Source of the DNA: an uncultured Chloroflexia bacterium
GTDB taxonomy: Bacteria; Chloroflexota; Limnocylindria; Limnocylindrales; CSP1-4
Reading direction: 5' to 3'
Length of the DNA stretch: 64,000 bases
Assembly: GCA_963833225.1 (NCBI GenBank)
Contig: CAWHXD010000006.1
Location: 32,001-96,000 of the forward strand
The notes under the pieces were generated by a model, which was not told where the DNA came from, ran no database searches, and saw nothing but the letters and a program-made list of their open reading frames with translations. Positions 51,377 through 61,839 of the stretch are shown here, in pieces. The stretch's first letter is position 1, and the number at the start of each line of letters is the position of its first letter. The position numbers were made by a program, and so were the translations under genes.

Positions 51377-52882
51377 GTGCCGCCGAGTATAGCCGAGGGG
51401 CCTGTCTGGGCCCCGATTGCCGAGCCTGTTCGCCACCGGCCGCCGACGTGGCTGGTCGGGCTGCTGCTCGTGCTCGGCGCGCTCGTCGTGTACGCGGTGT
51501 CCAACCCGGTCCACTCCAACGTCTACAACCACTTCGTGTGGCAGGCCGACGCCTTCCTCCACGGGCGGGCCTGGTTCCCCTACCCGGTCTACCCGGGCGG
51601 CCCGCTGCCGGAGAACTGGTATTTCCAGGACGTCTACCCGCTCATCGGGGCGGACGGCTCGTTCGACGGCCGGGCGCTGCTCCCGTTCCCGCCGCTGCCG
51701 GCGCTGGTCCTGATGCCGTTCGTCGCCCTGTGGGGTCTCGCCACCGACCAGGAGACCGTGGCGATCGTGCTGGGCGTGGCCGGTGTGGGGCTCGCGTGGT
51801 GGATGCTGGGCGGCCTGCGACTGCGGACCACCGTGCGCGCCCTGACCGTCGGCGTGCTGGCAACGGGGACGGTCTGGTGGTGGGCCGTGGCGGTCGGCAG
51901 CACCTGGTATCTCGCCCACCTCGTCGCGACCGATCTCGCGCTGCTGGCGGTCGGCGTGGCCCTGCGCCACGATCCCGGGGCCGCCGGCCGGCGATCCGAA
52001 GAGGATCGGCCCGGGGTCCGCGATCCGTCGGACGGGGCGACCCCGATGGCGACCGACCGGTCATGGCCTGCCCGGCTGCGAGCCGCCACCTGGCCGCTCA
52101 ACCGTTCGCAGGTCCTCGCCGGCTTCCTCCTCGGGCTCGCCGTGACCGCCCGCCTGCCGCTCATCCTCGCGGCCCCGTTCCTGATCCTGGTGGGCGGTGG
52201 AGGCACCCCGCTCCGACGACTGGCCTCCGCCGGCGTGGGCGGGGTGGTGCCGGTGGTTGCGCTCCTCGCGTACACGTTCCTGACCACGGGATCGCTGATC
52301 CACCCGGGATATGACTACCAGTACCGGCTCGAGGTGCAGGGCTATCCGGCGCTGGGCTACAGCGCGGACTGGTCGGTCGAGGACCCGCGCTATATCCCGC
52401 GCAACCTGGGGATCATGTTCGGGACCTACCCGGCGGTGGCTCCAGACGTGCTTCCCAACACGCTCGGGATCTACGAGGACGTGCCGGTGTGCACCCAGCC
52501 GGACGCCCGCCGTTCGCTGTTCAACGTGGACTGCCCGCTCGCCGTGCCGATCGACCTCGGGACGAGCCTGCCACTGTCCGCGCCAGGGCTGTTCCTCGCG
52601 CTGCTGGCGTTCCGGTCGCGCGGCCGGTCCCGGCTTGCCCTCGGGGGGGCGCTCGCCGTCGTCATGATCGCCACCTTCAACCTCGCCCACTTCTCCCAGG
52701 GCTGGGTCCAGTGGGGATACCGGTTCTCGCTGGACTTCCTGCCGTTCCTGCTGCCGCTGGTCGCGCTGGGGGCCGCTCGCCCCCTCGACGGGCGGCCGAG
52801 GCTGCTGGCGTTCCTGCTGCTGGTCGTGGGGGCGCTGGTCAACTTGTGGGGCGTGACCTGGGGCCAGATCCTTGCCTGGTAG
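51377..52882 (+). CDS. Polytopic membrane protein, probable GT-C glycosyltransferase (start uncertain)
   Basis: YNHF.WQADAFLHGR, PFPPLPALVLMP, G.TWY.AH, G.VQWGYRFSLD; many TMs; glycosylation gene context. Confidence 0.65.
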   Translation: MPPSIAEGPVWAPIAEPVRHRPPTWLVGLLLVLGALVVYAVSNPVHSNVYNHFVWQADAFLHGRAWFPYPVYPGGPLPENWYFQDVYPLIGADGSFDGRALLPFPPLPALVLMPFVALWGLATDQETVAIVLGVAGVGLAWWMLGGLRLRTTVRALTVGVLATGTVWWWAVAVGSTWYLAHLVATDLALLAVGVALRHDPGAAGRRSEEDRPGVRDPSDGATPMATDRSWPARLRAATWPLNRSQVLAGFLLGLAVTARLPLILAAPFLILVGGGGTPLRRLASAGVGGVVPVVALLAYTFLTTGSLIHPGYDYQYRLEVQGYPALGYSADWSVEDPRYIPRNLGIMFGTYPAVAPDVLPNTLGIYEDVPVCTQPDARRSLFNVDCPLAVPIDLGTSLPLSAPGLFLALLAFRSRGRSRLALGGALAVVMIATFNLAHFSQGWVQWGYRFSLDFLPFLLPLVALGAARPLDGRPRLLAFLLLVVGALVNLWGVTWGQILAW

Positions 52883-54461
52883 GCGAGCGACGGCGTTGAC
52901 CGCCACCGCGGTCGCGGTCGCCGCGCTGGCGGTCTACCGGACCACCCTGCTACCCGGCGTCAGCTCCTGGGACACGGCGGAGGCCCAGACCGCGCTGCCA
53001 CTGCTGGGGACGATGCACCCGACCGGCTTCCCCGCGTACACGATCCTCGGCTGGCTCGCTTCCGTCGCGCTCCAGCCGCTCGGGGAGCCCGCGTTCCGGG
53101 TGAACCTCCTCTCGGCCATCCTCGTGGCGGGGGCGGTGGGCGCCATGGTGCCCCTCCTGCGCCGGTTCGACGTCCCGCTCCCGGTGGCGGCCGCGGGGGC
53201 AGTGGGCCTTGCCCTGACGCCCATCACGTGGGCGATCGCCTCGGCAGCGGACGCCCACGCGCTCCACCTGGCGCTGGTCGCCCTGCTCACGGTCGCGCTG
53301 GTCCGCTGGGGCCGGCTGGTCGACGAACGGCGGGCTCACCCGGGCGACGCGGCTGCGGCCTCGCGAGCGGATCGGGGGATCGTGCTGGCCGGCGTCGTGT
53401 TCGGGGTGGCGCTCGCGAACCACGGCCTGACGCTCCTGCTGGTTCCGGCCGTTGGCCTGTACGTGCTCGCGACGGACCCGGGCGTGCTGCGCCGGCCGCG
53501 GCTCGTTGCGGCAGCCGGCGGGGCGTGCGTCCTGGTCGCCGCCCTGCTGTACCTCGAGCTCCCACTGCGTGCCGGGCCGTTCCCGGCGCGCCTCGTCTAC
53601 GGCCATCCCGAGACCTGGAACGGGTTCTGGGACATCGTGCTCGCCCGCCAGTTCCAGGGGGACGTCGGTGCGGCGCTGGGCGATGTCGCCGGCCGGCTGG
53701 CGGACCTGGCCGATCTCGTGACCCTGCAGCTGGGCGCCCTGGCGGCGCTCGTGGTGCCCGCGTTCATCGTGACGGCGGTGCGCTTCCCCAGGTACGCGCT
53801 GCTCAGCGGGGTCGCCACCGGCGTGACCTGCGTGTTCGCGGCGTCGTACCTCAACGCGGACATCGGCCGCTACTACCTCGGTCCGGCGCTGTTCGCCTGG
53901 ACCTGGCTCGCGATCGCTGCCGGCACCGTCGTGCGGCTGGTGCTCCGCCGGGCGAGTGCCGGCGGCCGCGACCCGGCCGCGGCCGAAGAGGCCCTGGCGC
54001 GACCCGTGGCACCCGGCCGCCTGGCCGCGAGGACGTCCGTGGCGCTGGCGCTGAGCGTGGCGCTGCTCGTGCCCACCGGCCTTGGGCTGTCCGTGCGCTG
54101 GCATGCCGCCGACCGCTCCGGCGACACCGCGCTGTCCGCCTGGCTGGACGACGCCATGACCGACATGGATCCCGACGCCGTCGTCGTCTCCTGGTGGTCC
54201 TACTCCACGACGCTCTGGTACGGCACGCTCGTCGAGGCACGGCGCCCGGACCTGCTGATCGTGGACGACAGCGATCTCGTCTACGAGAAGCTCGGATCCG
54301 CGGAGGACGTCATCGCCCGCTATCTCGGCCGCCGGCCGGTGCTCGTCATCCGATCGTCATCCGCGGACATCGATGCTCTGGCCGTACGCTATGTGCTCGA
54401 GCCACTCGTCCGACCCGCCGGCGTGTACCGGGTCACGGGACCAAGGGAGACCGCCCCATGA
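52872..54461 (+). CDS. DUF2723/TMEM260-like GT-C membrane protein
   Basis: TLLPGV..WDTAE.QT...LG..HPTGFP.Y..LG, RVNLLSA, LANH. Confidence 0.8.
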   Translation: MPGRRATALTATAVAVAALAVYRTTLLPGVSSWDTAEAQTALPLLGTMHPTGFPAYTILGWLASVALQPLGEPAFRVNLLSAILVAGAVGAMVPLLRRFDVPLPVAAAGAVGLALTPITWAIASAADAHALHLALVALLTVALVRWGRLVDERRAHPGDAAAASRADRGIVLAGVVFGVALANHGLTLLLVPAVGLYVLATDPGVLRRPRLVAAAGGACVLVAALLYLELPLRAGPFPARLVYGHPETWNGFWDIVLARQFQGDVGAALGDVAGRLADLADLVTLQLGALAALVVPAFIVTAVRFPRYALLSGVATGVTCVFAASYLNADIGRYYLGPALFAWTWLAIAAGTVVRLVLRRASAGGRDPAAAEEALARPVAPGRLAARTSVALALSVALLVPTGLGLSVRWHAADRSGDTALSAWLDDAMTDMDPDAVVVSWWSYSTTLWYGTLVEARRPDLLIVDDSDLVYEKLGSAEDVIARYLGRRPVLVIRSSSADIDALAVRYVLEPLVRPAGVYRVTGPRETAP

Positions 54462-55249
54462 CCGCACCCGCAAGCGCCGAGGGCGCCCGGAATCCCCAGC
54501 GGGTCGCGCGCCTGTCCTACTTCTTCCCGGCCCACAACGAGGAGGCCAACCTCGAGGGGCTCGTCGCCGAGGCCCTGGAGACGCTGCCGTCGATCGCCGA
54601 GACCTTCGAGATCATCGCCGTGGACGACGGCTCGAGGGATCGCACCGGCGAGATCGCGGACCGCCTCGCCGCCGAGCACCCGGGCGTCGTCCGGGTCGTC
54701 CACCACCCGGTCAACCGCGGGTACGGGGGAGCCCTGCGCTCCGGGTTCGAGGCGGCGCGCTACGAGCTGCTCGCGTTCACCGACGGCGACCGCCAGTTCC
54801 GGATCGCCGACCTCGCGCGGCTTACGGCCCGCCTCGCTGAGCCCGACCAGCCCGATGTCGTGGCGGGCTTCCGGATCAAGCGCGCCGACCCCATGATCCG
54901 GATCGTCTACGCGCGGACCTACAAGCTTGCCAACCGGATCTTCTTCGGGCTGCGGGTGCGCGACGTTGACTGCGCGTGCAAGCTCTTCCGCCGGGAGGCG
55001 CTCGAGGGCGTCCGCGTCGAGTCGGGCGGTGCGTTCTTCTCCGCCGAGCTGCTGATCAAGATCGACGAGCAGGGCCGGTCGATCGTCGAGGTCGGGGTGC
55101 CGCACTACGCGCGGACGGCCGGGTCACCCACAGGCGCCCGGCCCTCGGTCATCTGGCGGGCCGTCAAGGACTTCTGGAGCCTTCGCCTTCGCCTGTGGGC
55201 GAACGCCGCCGCCGCCCGCCGGCGCGGCCGTCCGATCCTGGGCGACTGA
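54458..55249 (+). CDS. GT2 glycosyltransferase, polyprenol-phosphate sugar synthase (Dpm1/Ppm1-like)
   Basis: FPAHNEE.NL, VDDGS.DRT, N.GYGGALRSG, FTDGD.QF, RDVDCA.KLFRR. Confidence 0.85.
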   Translation: MTAPASAEGARNPQRVARLSYFFPAHNEEANLEGLVAEALETLPSIAETFEIIAVDDGSRDRTGEIADRLAAEHPGVVRVVHHPVNRGYGGALRSGFEAARYELLAFTDGDRQFRIADLARLTARLAEPDQPDVVAGFRIKRADPMIRIVYARTYKLANRIFFGLRVRDVDCACKLFRREALEGVRVESGGAFFSAELLIKIDEQGRSIVEVGVPHYARTAGSPTGARPSVIWRAVKDFWSLRLRLWANAAAARRRGRPILGD

Positions 55250-55294
55250 GCCTCCAGGACAACCCCCGGTGCCGCGCGCGTGTGGCGGCGCGGA

Positions 55295-55915
55295 TCAGCC
55301 CGCGGTGCCGGTGCCGCCCCCGCGGGGGTCCCCGCCCTCCGGGTCAAGGCTGTTGACGAACTCGCGGAAGATGTCGAGCTTGGTCGGGTCGAGGCTCTCG
55401 CCCGTCGCCTCGAGCGAGCCCGCGGCCAGCCTGGTCCGCCGCTCCTCGCGGGCCTCGTCGCGGGTCACCTCGTCCTGGTCCTCGTCCTCGGCGTCGTCCG
55501 GCATCGCCGCCGCGCGATCGAGCACGTCGGCCGAGGCGAAGATCGGGCACTCGAGACGCACGGCCAGGGCGATCGCGTCGGAAGGACGAGCGTCGACGTC
55601 GTGACGGCTGTCGGCCGTGACGAGCTCCAGTCGCGCGTGGAACGTCTCCTCCGCCAGCGACGAGATGACCACCCGGTGCACGCTGACGCCCAGCTCACCG
55701 AGCGTCGCGGCGAACAGGTCGTGGGTCAGTGGCCGCTCCGCCGTGATGCCCTGGAGGCGCATCGCGATCGCCTGCGCCTCCCACGGCCCGATCCACACCG
55801 GCAGGATCCGCCCGAGACCCACCTCCTTGAGCAGCAGGACGTGGCGCCCGGTCCGCATGTGGACCCGGACGCTCTCCACGATCATCTCGACCTGGGGGAC
55901 GCCTTCGTCAGCCAT
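55295..55915 (-). CDS. Bifunctional nuclease domain protein (DUF151)
   Basis: LPVWIGPWEA.AIA, RPLTHDL, DARPSDAIALAVR...PIF. Confidence 0.92.
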   Translation of the reverse strand: MADEGVPQVEMIVESVRVHMRTGRHVLLLKEVGLGRILPVWIGPWEAQAIAMRLQGITAERPLTHDLFAATLGELGVSVHRVVISSLAEETFHARLELVTADSRHDVDARPSDAIALAVRLECPIFASADVLDRAAAMPDDAEDEDQDEVTRDEAREERRTRLAAGSLEATGESLDPTKLDIFREFVNSLDPEGGDPRGGGTGTAG

Positions 55916-55939
55916 GGGACGATTATCCCACGCGTGGCT

Positions 55940-56734
55940 TCACCGGCGGGTCGGCGGTGGCGGTGGCGGGAGTGGTGGCCGGGGTACGGGGGGCCCTGTC
56001 ATGGGAGCGGCAGCGGGCGCCGCCGTGGCGTCCGCGACCAGCGGGTGGGGCCGGCGGAGCCGCAGCAGGAGCGCCATCGCCACGCCGGCGATGAAGCCAC
56101 CCACATGTGCCCAGAACGCGACCCCGCCGGACGCCTCGGCGGTCAGCCCAAGGGACGCGAACCCGTCGATCAGCTGGAGCACGAACCAGAAGCCGAGCAC
56201 CACGACCGATGGCACGGCGATCAACTCGTAGAAGAAGACCAGGAACACCAGCGACTGGATCCGCGCCCGGGGGAACAGGACGACATAGCCGCCGAGCACG
56301 GCCGAGATGGCCCCGGACGCGCCAATCATGGGCGCGTCGCTGGCGGGATCGGAGAGGATGTGGCCCGTGGCCGCCACGAGACCACCCAGCAGGTAGAACG
56401 CGAGGAACAGGGGCCGCCCCAGCCGGTTCTCGACCCGGGGCGCAAAGATCCACAGGAACAGGGCATTGCCCATCAGGTGGAGCCAGCTGGCGTGCAGGAA
56501 CATGTGGGTCAGGAGGCCGGGCACCGCACGGGTCACGAGGTCGCCGGTCCCGATCGCGGCGACGATGTCGGCGGGCACCAGCCCGCGCCGCAGGATGAAC
56601 CGGTTCAGGGCCGGGTCGCCGCCCTGGACCAGGAGCAGCAGCTCGTAGCCGAAGGCGAGGGCGCAGGCCGCGAGGATGCCCAGCGTGACGACCGGCGTCC
56701 GCGTCGTCGGGGTGGCGTCGCGCAGCGGCAGCAT
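55940..56734 (-). CDS. Rhomboid-family intramembrane serine protease
   Basis: MLPLRD, MFLHA.WLHL.GN.LFLWIF, GASGAI, VAFWAHVGGF. Confidence 0.92.
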   Translation of the reverse strand: MLPLRDATPTTRTPVVTLGILAACALAFGYELLLLVQGGDPALNRFILRRGLVPADIVAAIGTGDLVTRAVPGLLTHMFLHASWLHLMGNALFLWIFAPRVENRLGRPLFLAFYLLGGLVAATGHILSDPASDAPMIGASGAISAVLGGYVVLFPRARIQSLVFLVFFYELIAVPSVVVLGFWFVLQLIDGFASLGLTAEASGGVAFWAHVGGFIAGVAMALLLRLRRPHPLVADATAAPAAAPMTGPPVPRPPLPPPPPPTRR

Positions 56735-56747
56735 GCCCTTGGTGGCG

Positions 56748-59054
56748 TCAGGCGCCTGCGGGCGTCTTCTTGGGCTTGGGCTTCTTGGTCGGCTTGGGCG
56801 TCTTGGTCGGCTTGGGCGTCGGCGCCGCGGTCGCGGACGGGGCCGGCGACGGGGTCGCGGACGGGGACTCGGTCGCGACGAGGATCGCGGTGTGGAGCGC
56901 GTTCCCGGAGATCCACCACAGCGTGGCGGGGCTGTCCGCGTCGGCGCCCGGCAGGACCACCATGTCCTTGAGGCCTGCCCACGCGCCGTCACCGTCCGCG
57001 AGAACGTACTGCTCGACGAAGTCGCCGTTGCGCTTGCTGAACGCCACGATCCGCCGGTTGGTCTGGTCGAACGCGTACAGGAGCCCCACGCCCCTGCTGG
57101 TCTTGCCACTGGGCAGGTCCGGCGACGAGAGGATCGTGTAGCGCGGGTTGGGTCGCAGCTGGGCGTCACGCGGCTCTTGCGGGCTCCAGCCGCTCGCGGG
57201 GATCACCCGCGCAACGGCGCCGTTCTCGGCCACGAAGATGTCGCCATCGAGCATCAGGTCGGTGATGCCGTCCACCGGCCGGTCGGTGGGCAGGCGGTCG
57301 ATGGGCTTGACCGGGTAGCCGGTGCCATCGTTGGCGGGCGACATGACCAGGATGTTCTGGGCCGAGGGATCCACGATGTACAGCTTGTAGAACGCGGCGT
57401 CGAAGTTGGCGACGAAGGTCGCCATCGCGGTGACGTCGTCGCCCCACGATGTCGAGTCTGGGATCCGGATCTTGACCAAGGAGCCGTCGCCCTTCGTACC
57501 GACGGGCCGCCACCGCCACAGGCTGTTCTTGGTGTCCAGGACCAGCACGTCGGGGCCGCCCGTCGCCAGCAGCTTGGGATCCGCGACCCTGGCGCCCGAC
57601 GCACGCTCACCGGTGGCGGCGATGGGCTTGGCGATCTCCCGCGCAAGGTCGATCCGCCACACCGTCTTGCCGGCCGTGTCCAGGACGTACGGCGCGCCGT
57701 CCGAGCCCCGGACCAGGGACGTGAGAGCGACCGGGGTGTCGGCAGGGAACGTGAACACCGTGTTGGAGTGGACGGCGACGACGTGGTACAGGCGATCGAG
57801 CCCCGCGGACACCTGATCACGCAGCGTCGCGACTTCGGTTGACGGGTAGCCTGCCCGCTGCGCCTCGTCGAGCTTGGCGTAGGCGGCGGTGAGCAGCTCG
57901 AGGGCCTTGCGGGGGTCCTCGTTGATGAGGTCGATGCCCGGCCCGGAGACAAGGGCGAGGTCGTCCTGCGCCTCCTGGAAGGCCTTCTGGGCGATCGACA
58001 GCGACCGGAGGGGCTCGGTGGGCGACTGCTGGCCCGCGACCGCGTACACGCCGAGCGCCAGCCCGCCGGCCACGACGATGAACGCGAGCAGCGCCACCGC
58101 CGCCCGTCGCTGGGTCTCCATGCGGCTGGTGGCCGCGGTCACCCGACGCGAACCGGGCGTCCGGCGGGGCAGCGCATCCTGGATGCGCCACACGGCCCGC
58201 TGGAACCCGTTGCCGGCCGCGTCACGGGCCTTCGCGGCTCCCGCACCCACGGCGGCAGCCGCGCCGAGCGCGGAATCGGCCAGCGGGAGGGGTCCCTTGT
58301 CCGGCGCCCCGGCCAGCGGCTCGGCGGGTCGCACCGGGACCAGCGCCTTTGACTTGAAGGTGGCCCCCACCTCGCCTGCCTCGAACGCGAAGGCACCGTC
58401 CGATCCCTTGCCGTCGGCCGCGACGAAGCGCGCGTGCAGGTGCTCGATCGCGGACTGCGGGTGCAGGGTGACCAGCGCGTCCTTGAGGGCGTCCGTGCCG
58501 ACGCTCGAGACGACGTTCGCGGATACGAGGCTCAGCGAGTCGCCGACCTGGAGCTCGCCCCGCCAGACCTCGGGCTCAAGGTCGGCCGCCGGCAGGCCAC
58601 GCTCCCGGTTCGGGTCCGGGAGGGTCGACAGGCGCGCCTGGCGGATCAGGAAGGCGTCGGCCGGGCCGACGGTCGCCACGTACAGCTCCCGGCCTCGCAC
58701 CACCGCGACCGCGACACCCACCGGCCCTGCCGCATCCGAGCCGTGCCCGAGGCCGTACCGGTCCCGCTGGTGGGCGAGGCGCTTGTTCGCGACGCCGAGG
58801 ACCTTGGCCAGGCACTGCTTGATGCCTGCCGACTCGTCGTAGTAGTACTCGTTGCGGATCGTGTCCGCGATCATCCGCGTGGCTTCACGGGCCTTGCCGC
58901 TGGAGACCTTGCTGGTCACGAGCAGGTAGAGGTTTCCCTTGGTCCGCCCGACGGAACCCACGGACGGCTCGACCACAACGATGGTGTCGGGCGAGTCGGG
59001 GAGTCGGTCCTGCTCGGTGACGGCACCGAGCTTCAGCTGGAGACGGACGGCCAA
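56748..59054 (-). CDS. Bitopic protein: degenerate PP2C/SpoIIE-like N-domain, TM, beta-rich extracytoplasmic domain, PT/PK-rich tail
   Basis: GNLYLLV, ANKRL, AVAVVRGRELYVATVG...AFLIR, ELQVGDSL.LVS; TM AAVALLAFIVVAGGLALGVYAV; repeated YVLD/YIVD/YAFD strands. Confidence 0.7.
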   Translation of the reverse strand: MAVRLQLKLGAVTEQDRLPDSPDTIVVVEPSVGSVGRTKGNLYLLVTSKVSSGKAREATRMIADTIRNEYYYDESAGIKQCLAKVLGVANKRLAHQRDRYGLGHGSDAAGPVGVAVAVVRGRELYVATVGPADAFLIRQARLSTLPDPNRERGLPAADLEPEVWRGELQVGDSLSLVSANVVSSVGTDALKDALVTLHPQSAIEHLHARFVAADGKGSDGAFAFEAGEVGATFKSKALVPVRPAEPLAGAPDKGPLPLADSALGAAAAVGAGAAKARDAAGNGFQRAVWRIQDALPRRTPGSRRVTAATSRMETQRRAAVALLAFIVVAGGLALGVYAVAGQQSPTEPLRSLSIAQKAFQEAQDDLALVSGPGIDLINEDPRKALELLTAAYAKLDEAQRAGYPSTEVATLRDQVSAGLDRLYHVVAVHSNTVFTFPADTPVALTSLVRGSDGAPYVLDTAGKTVWRIDLAREIAKPIAATGERASGARVADPKLLATGGPDVLVLDTKNSLWRWRPVGTKGDGSLVKIRIPDSTSWGDDVTAMATFVANFDAAFYKLYIVDPSAQNILVMSPANDGTGYPVKPIDRLPTDRPVDGITDLMLDGDIFVAENGAVARVIPASGWSPQEPRDAQLRPNPRYTILSSPDLPSGKTSRGVGLLYAFDQTNRRIVAFSKRNGDFVEQYVLADGDGAWAGLKDMVVLPGADADSPATLWWISGNALHTAILVATESPSATPSPAPSATAAPTPKPTKTPKPTKKPKPKKTPAGA

Positions 59055-59133
59055 GAAGCAAGCCTCATGGGGATGAGCGACGCGCTGGAGGGAGGGGGCG
59101 TGACACAGCGCCCCGGGCGGAAGTGGGAGGGAA

Positions 59134-59532
59134 TTATACGCGTGGCTCGGGGGACCCCCGGTTGTCGGAGCCGGGCTCCCGGCCCGTGCCACCGACCAGG
59201 CGCAGGAACCGCACCCGCGCCCCGCCCGGCGCCACGGCGAAGGCCGCGAGCAGCTCCATGGCCCGCATGCGCAGCTCGGCAGCCACGATGGGCTCGTCCA
59301 CGGCGACCACCAGGGCGTCCGGCTCCAGCCGCACCAGCCGGCAGGCCCCGACCGCAGGTGGTACCCGTTCGGCGACCAGGGCGTCCCAGGTGGCGCCCGC
59401 CCTCGCCATCCGAAGCGCATCCTCGAGACCCAGCGCGCGCGCGGCGTCGGGAAGCAGGTCGCCGATCCGATCAGGACGGCGGCGTCGGCCCGGGGCCTCC
59501 GCGTCGCTGCGAGGATCCCGGTCGCGGGTCAC
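59134..59532 (-). CDS. DciA/DUF721-family protein
   Basis: RIGDLL......LGL, W..LV......A...C......LVV.......AAELR; sits directly after recF. Confidence 0.7.
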   Translation of the reverse strand: MTRDRDPRSDAEAPGRRRRPDRIGDLLPDAARALGLEDALRMARAGATWDALVAERVPPAVGACRLVRLEPDALVVAVDEPIVAAELRMRAMELLAAFAVAPGGARVRFLRLVGGTGREPGSDNRGSPEPRV

Positions 59533-60717
59533 GTGCCGCCCCGGCTGAGGTGCGCCGTCCCGTCGGGGGTCGTTGTCACCGCCCAGGCCGAGCCCACGGA
59601 GCGCAGGCCCCGATCCAGGTCATCGAGCGTCGTCGTGGTCACGAACGCCTGCGGCAGCGCCGCGATCCGTCGAACCAGGTGCGACCGACGGGCCGGGTCC
59701 AGCTCCGAGAACACGTCGTCGAGCAGCAGCAGCGGCGGGTGTCCGTCCAGTGCCGTCAGGAGGTCGACCTCGGCCAGCTTGAAGGCGAGGATCGCCGTGC
59801 GCTGCTGGCCGCGCGACGCGAACGACGCAAGCGACCGGCCGGCCATCTCGAACACGAGATCGTCGCGGTGGGGGCCGACCAGGGTCGTCCCGTTCCAGAC
59901 CTCCTTCTCGGCCGTCTCTGACAGGCGCCGGGCAAGCGCGTCGCGGATGGATTCGCCGGGCTGCTGCGGGGCATTGGTGGCGTACACGAGGCCCAGCGGC
60001 CCAATGGTCGCCTCGTCCGGCGCGATCTCCGCGTGGGCGGCCGCGATGGGGGCCTCGAGCACCTCCAGCAGTCGCTGTCGCTCCACCCGGACCGCGGTCC
60101 CGCTCTCGAGCAGGGTCGCGTCCCAGAAGTGCAGCTCCGCCCGGGTCGCCTGCTCCTCGCGGATCATGCGCAGCAGGCCGTTGCGCTGCTGGAGCGCCCG
60201 GCCGTAGGTCGCCAGGTCACGGACGTAGGCCGGCGAGCGCTGGCCGGCAAGGCGGTCCAGGGCCTCGCGCCGAAGGGACGGCGACCCCGCGACGAGCAGC
60301 ATCTCCTCGGGCGCGAACATGACGGTCCGCAGGACGCCTGCGAGCGACGCCGCCCGCCGCGGGACCCCGTTGACGCGGATGCGCTTGCGGGCGCCGCCGG
60401 ACGGCGTCCGAACCATCGCGACCTCGAGCGAGTCGAGGCTCTCCGGTCCCGCACCCGGACGGCCGACGCGGGCCTCGACTCGCGCCAGCTCCTGGCCCCA
60501 GCGCACGAGCTCGCCGTCGGCGGAGGTCCGGTGGCTGCGACCCCACGCGAGCAGGACGACCGCCTCGAGGAGGCTCGTCTTGCCGGCCGCGTTGGGGCCC
60601 CAGACGAGCTGTGGTCCGGGATCAAAGATCGCATCGAGCTCGGCGTAGGCGCGGAGATCCCGAGCGCTGAGGCCCCGCAGGATCGGGGCGCCCTGGTCGG
60701 GGGAGGCGGGGTGGCAG
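59529..60717 (-). CDS. recF: DNA replication/repair protein RecF (start approximate)
   Basis: In frame upstream of ORF 60506: LSARDLRAY, GPNAAGKTSLLEA, SHRT; then GPHRDDL, ASRGQQR, LLLDDVFSELD. Confidence 0.93.
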
Positions 60718-60723
60718 GGTCCG

Positions 60724-61839
60724 TCAGGAGGTCGTCCGGACGGGCATCACGACGTGGACGTAGTCCGCGTCACCAACTGGCCGGAACACGCCCGGCGAGA
60801 GGGGCCCGTTGAGCTCGAGGCTGAACCGGTCCGCGCCCACGTTGCCCAGCACGTCGGCCAGGTAGCGGGCGTTGAACGCGATCGTCGTCGCGTCGCCCTC
60901 GACCGTCCCCTCGACATCGCCCGTGTAGTCGCCGACCTCGGCGGTCGCGCTGACCGTCAGCCCGGCCTCGTCGCCGCCCACCTGGAGCTTGACGATGTTG
61001 GCCGACGAGCTCGCGATCAGGGCCGCGGGGCGGACCGCCCGCAGCAGCTCCTCCCGGTCAAACTCCGCCCGGCTCGCGTGGCTCGCCGGCAGCACCTGCT
61101 GGTAGTTCGGGAACTGGCCGTCGATCAGGCGCGAGACGAGGTCGACCCCATCAAGGTGGAACAGGACCTGGTTGCGCGCCTGGGCCAGGACGAGCTCCAC
61201 CGGGTCATCGGTGTCGGACAGGACGCGGCTCAGCTCCGCCAGGGCGCGCGCCGGGATCACGACCGAGACGGCCTCGACCGGGTCGAGGACATCGATCGTG
61301 CGGACGGCGATCCGGTAGTTGTCCGCCGCGGCGAGCGTGAGACGGCTGCCCTCGAAGCGGGCGAGGATCCCGGTCAGGATCGGTCGTGCCTCGTCGCTGG
61401 CGGCCGCGAAGGTCGTCTCGTCGAGCGCTCGCTTGAGCACCTTCTGGCTGATCCTCGTGGTGGGACGCTCGCCCGCCGTCTGGATCGTCGGGAACTCATC
61501 GGCGTCGATGCCCTTGACATGGGTCGCGAATCGCCCGCAGCGCAGGTGCAGCGTGTCAGTGCCCTGGAGCTCGAGATCCACCTTCTCGGAGCCGGGGAGG
61601 CTCGAGACGAGATCGGACAGGAGGCGGGCGGGCACGGTGGTGGCCCCGTCCGTCTCGATCTTGCCCGGCACCCAGTACGTGATGCCGATCTCGAGGTTGG
61701 TCGCGGTCAGCTTGAGTCCTGCATCCTCGGTGCGGAGGAGGACGTTGGCAAGCACCGGCAGGGTGCTGCGGCTGGAGACGGCTCGCGAGACGACCGAGAG
61801 GCCGCGCGCCAGGTTCTCCTGCATGACCGAGAGTTTCAC
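60724..61839 (-). CDS. dnaN: DNA polymerase III beta sliding clamp
   Basis: STLPVLANVL, ATNLEI, RPILTG, D.YRIA, RLIDGQFPNY, FNARYL, VMPVR. Confidence 0.97.
   Translation of the reverse strand: MKLSVMQENLARGLSVVSRAVSSRSTLPVLANVLLRTEDAGLKLTATNLEIGITYWVPGKIETDGATTVPARLLSDLVSSLPGSEKVDLELQGTDTLHLRCGRFATHVKGIDADEFPTIQTAGERPTTRISQKVLKRALDETTFAAASDEARPILTGILARFEGSRLTLAAADNYRIAVRTIDVLDPVEAVSVVIPARALAELSRVLSDTDDPVELVLAQARNQVLFHLDGVDLVSRLIDGQFPNYQQVLPASHASRAEFDREELLRAVRPAALIASSSANIVKLQVGGDEAGLTVSATAEVGDYTGDVEGTVEGDATTIAFNARYLADVLGNVGADRFSLELNGPLSPGVFRPVGDADYVHVVMPVRTTS

Noticed and set aside
56760-56870. Short direct repeats such as GTCTTGGTCGGCTTGGGC
   Set aside because: They encode the PTPKPTK low-complexity protein tail
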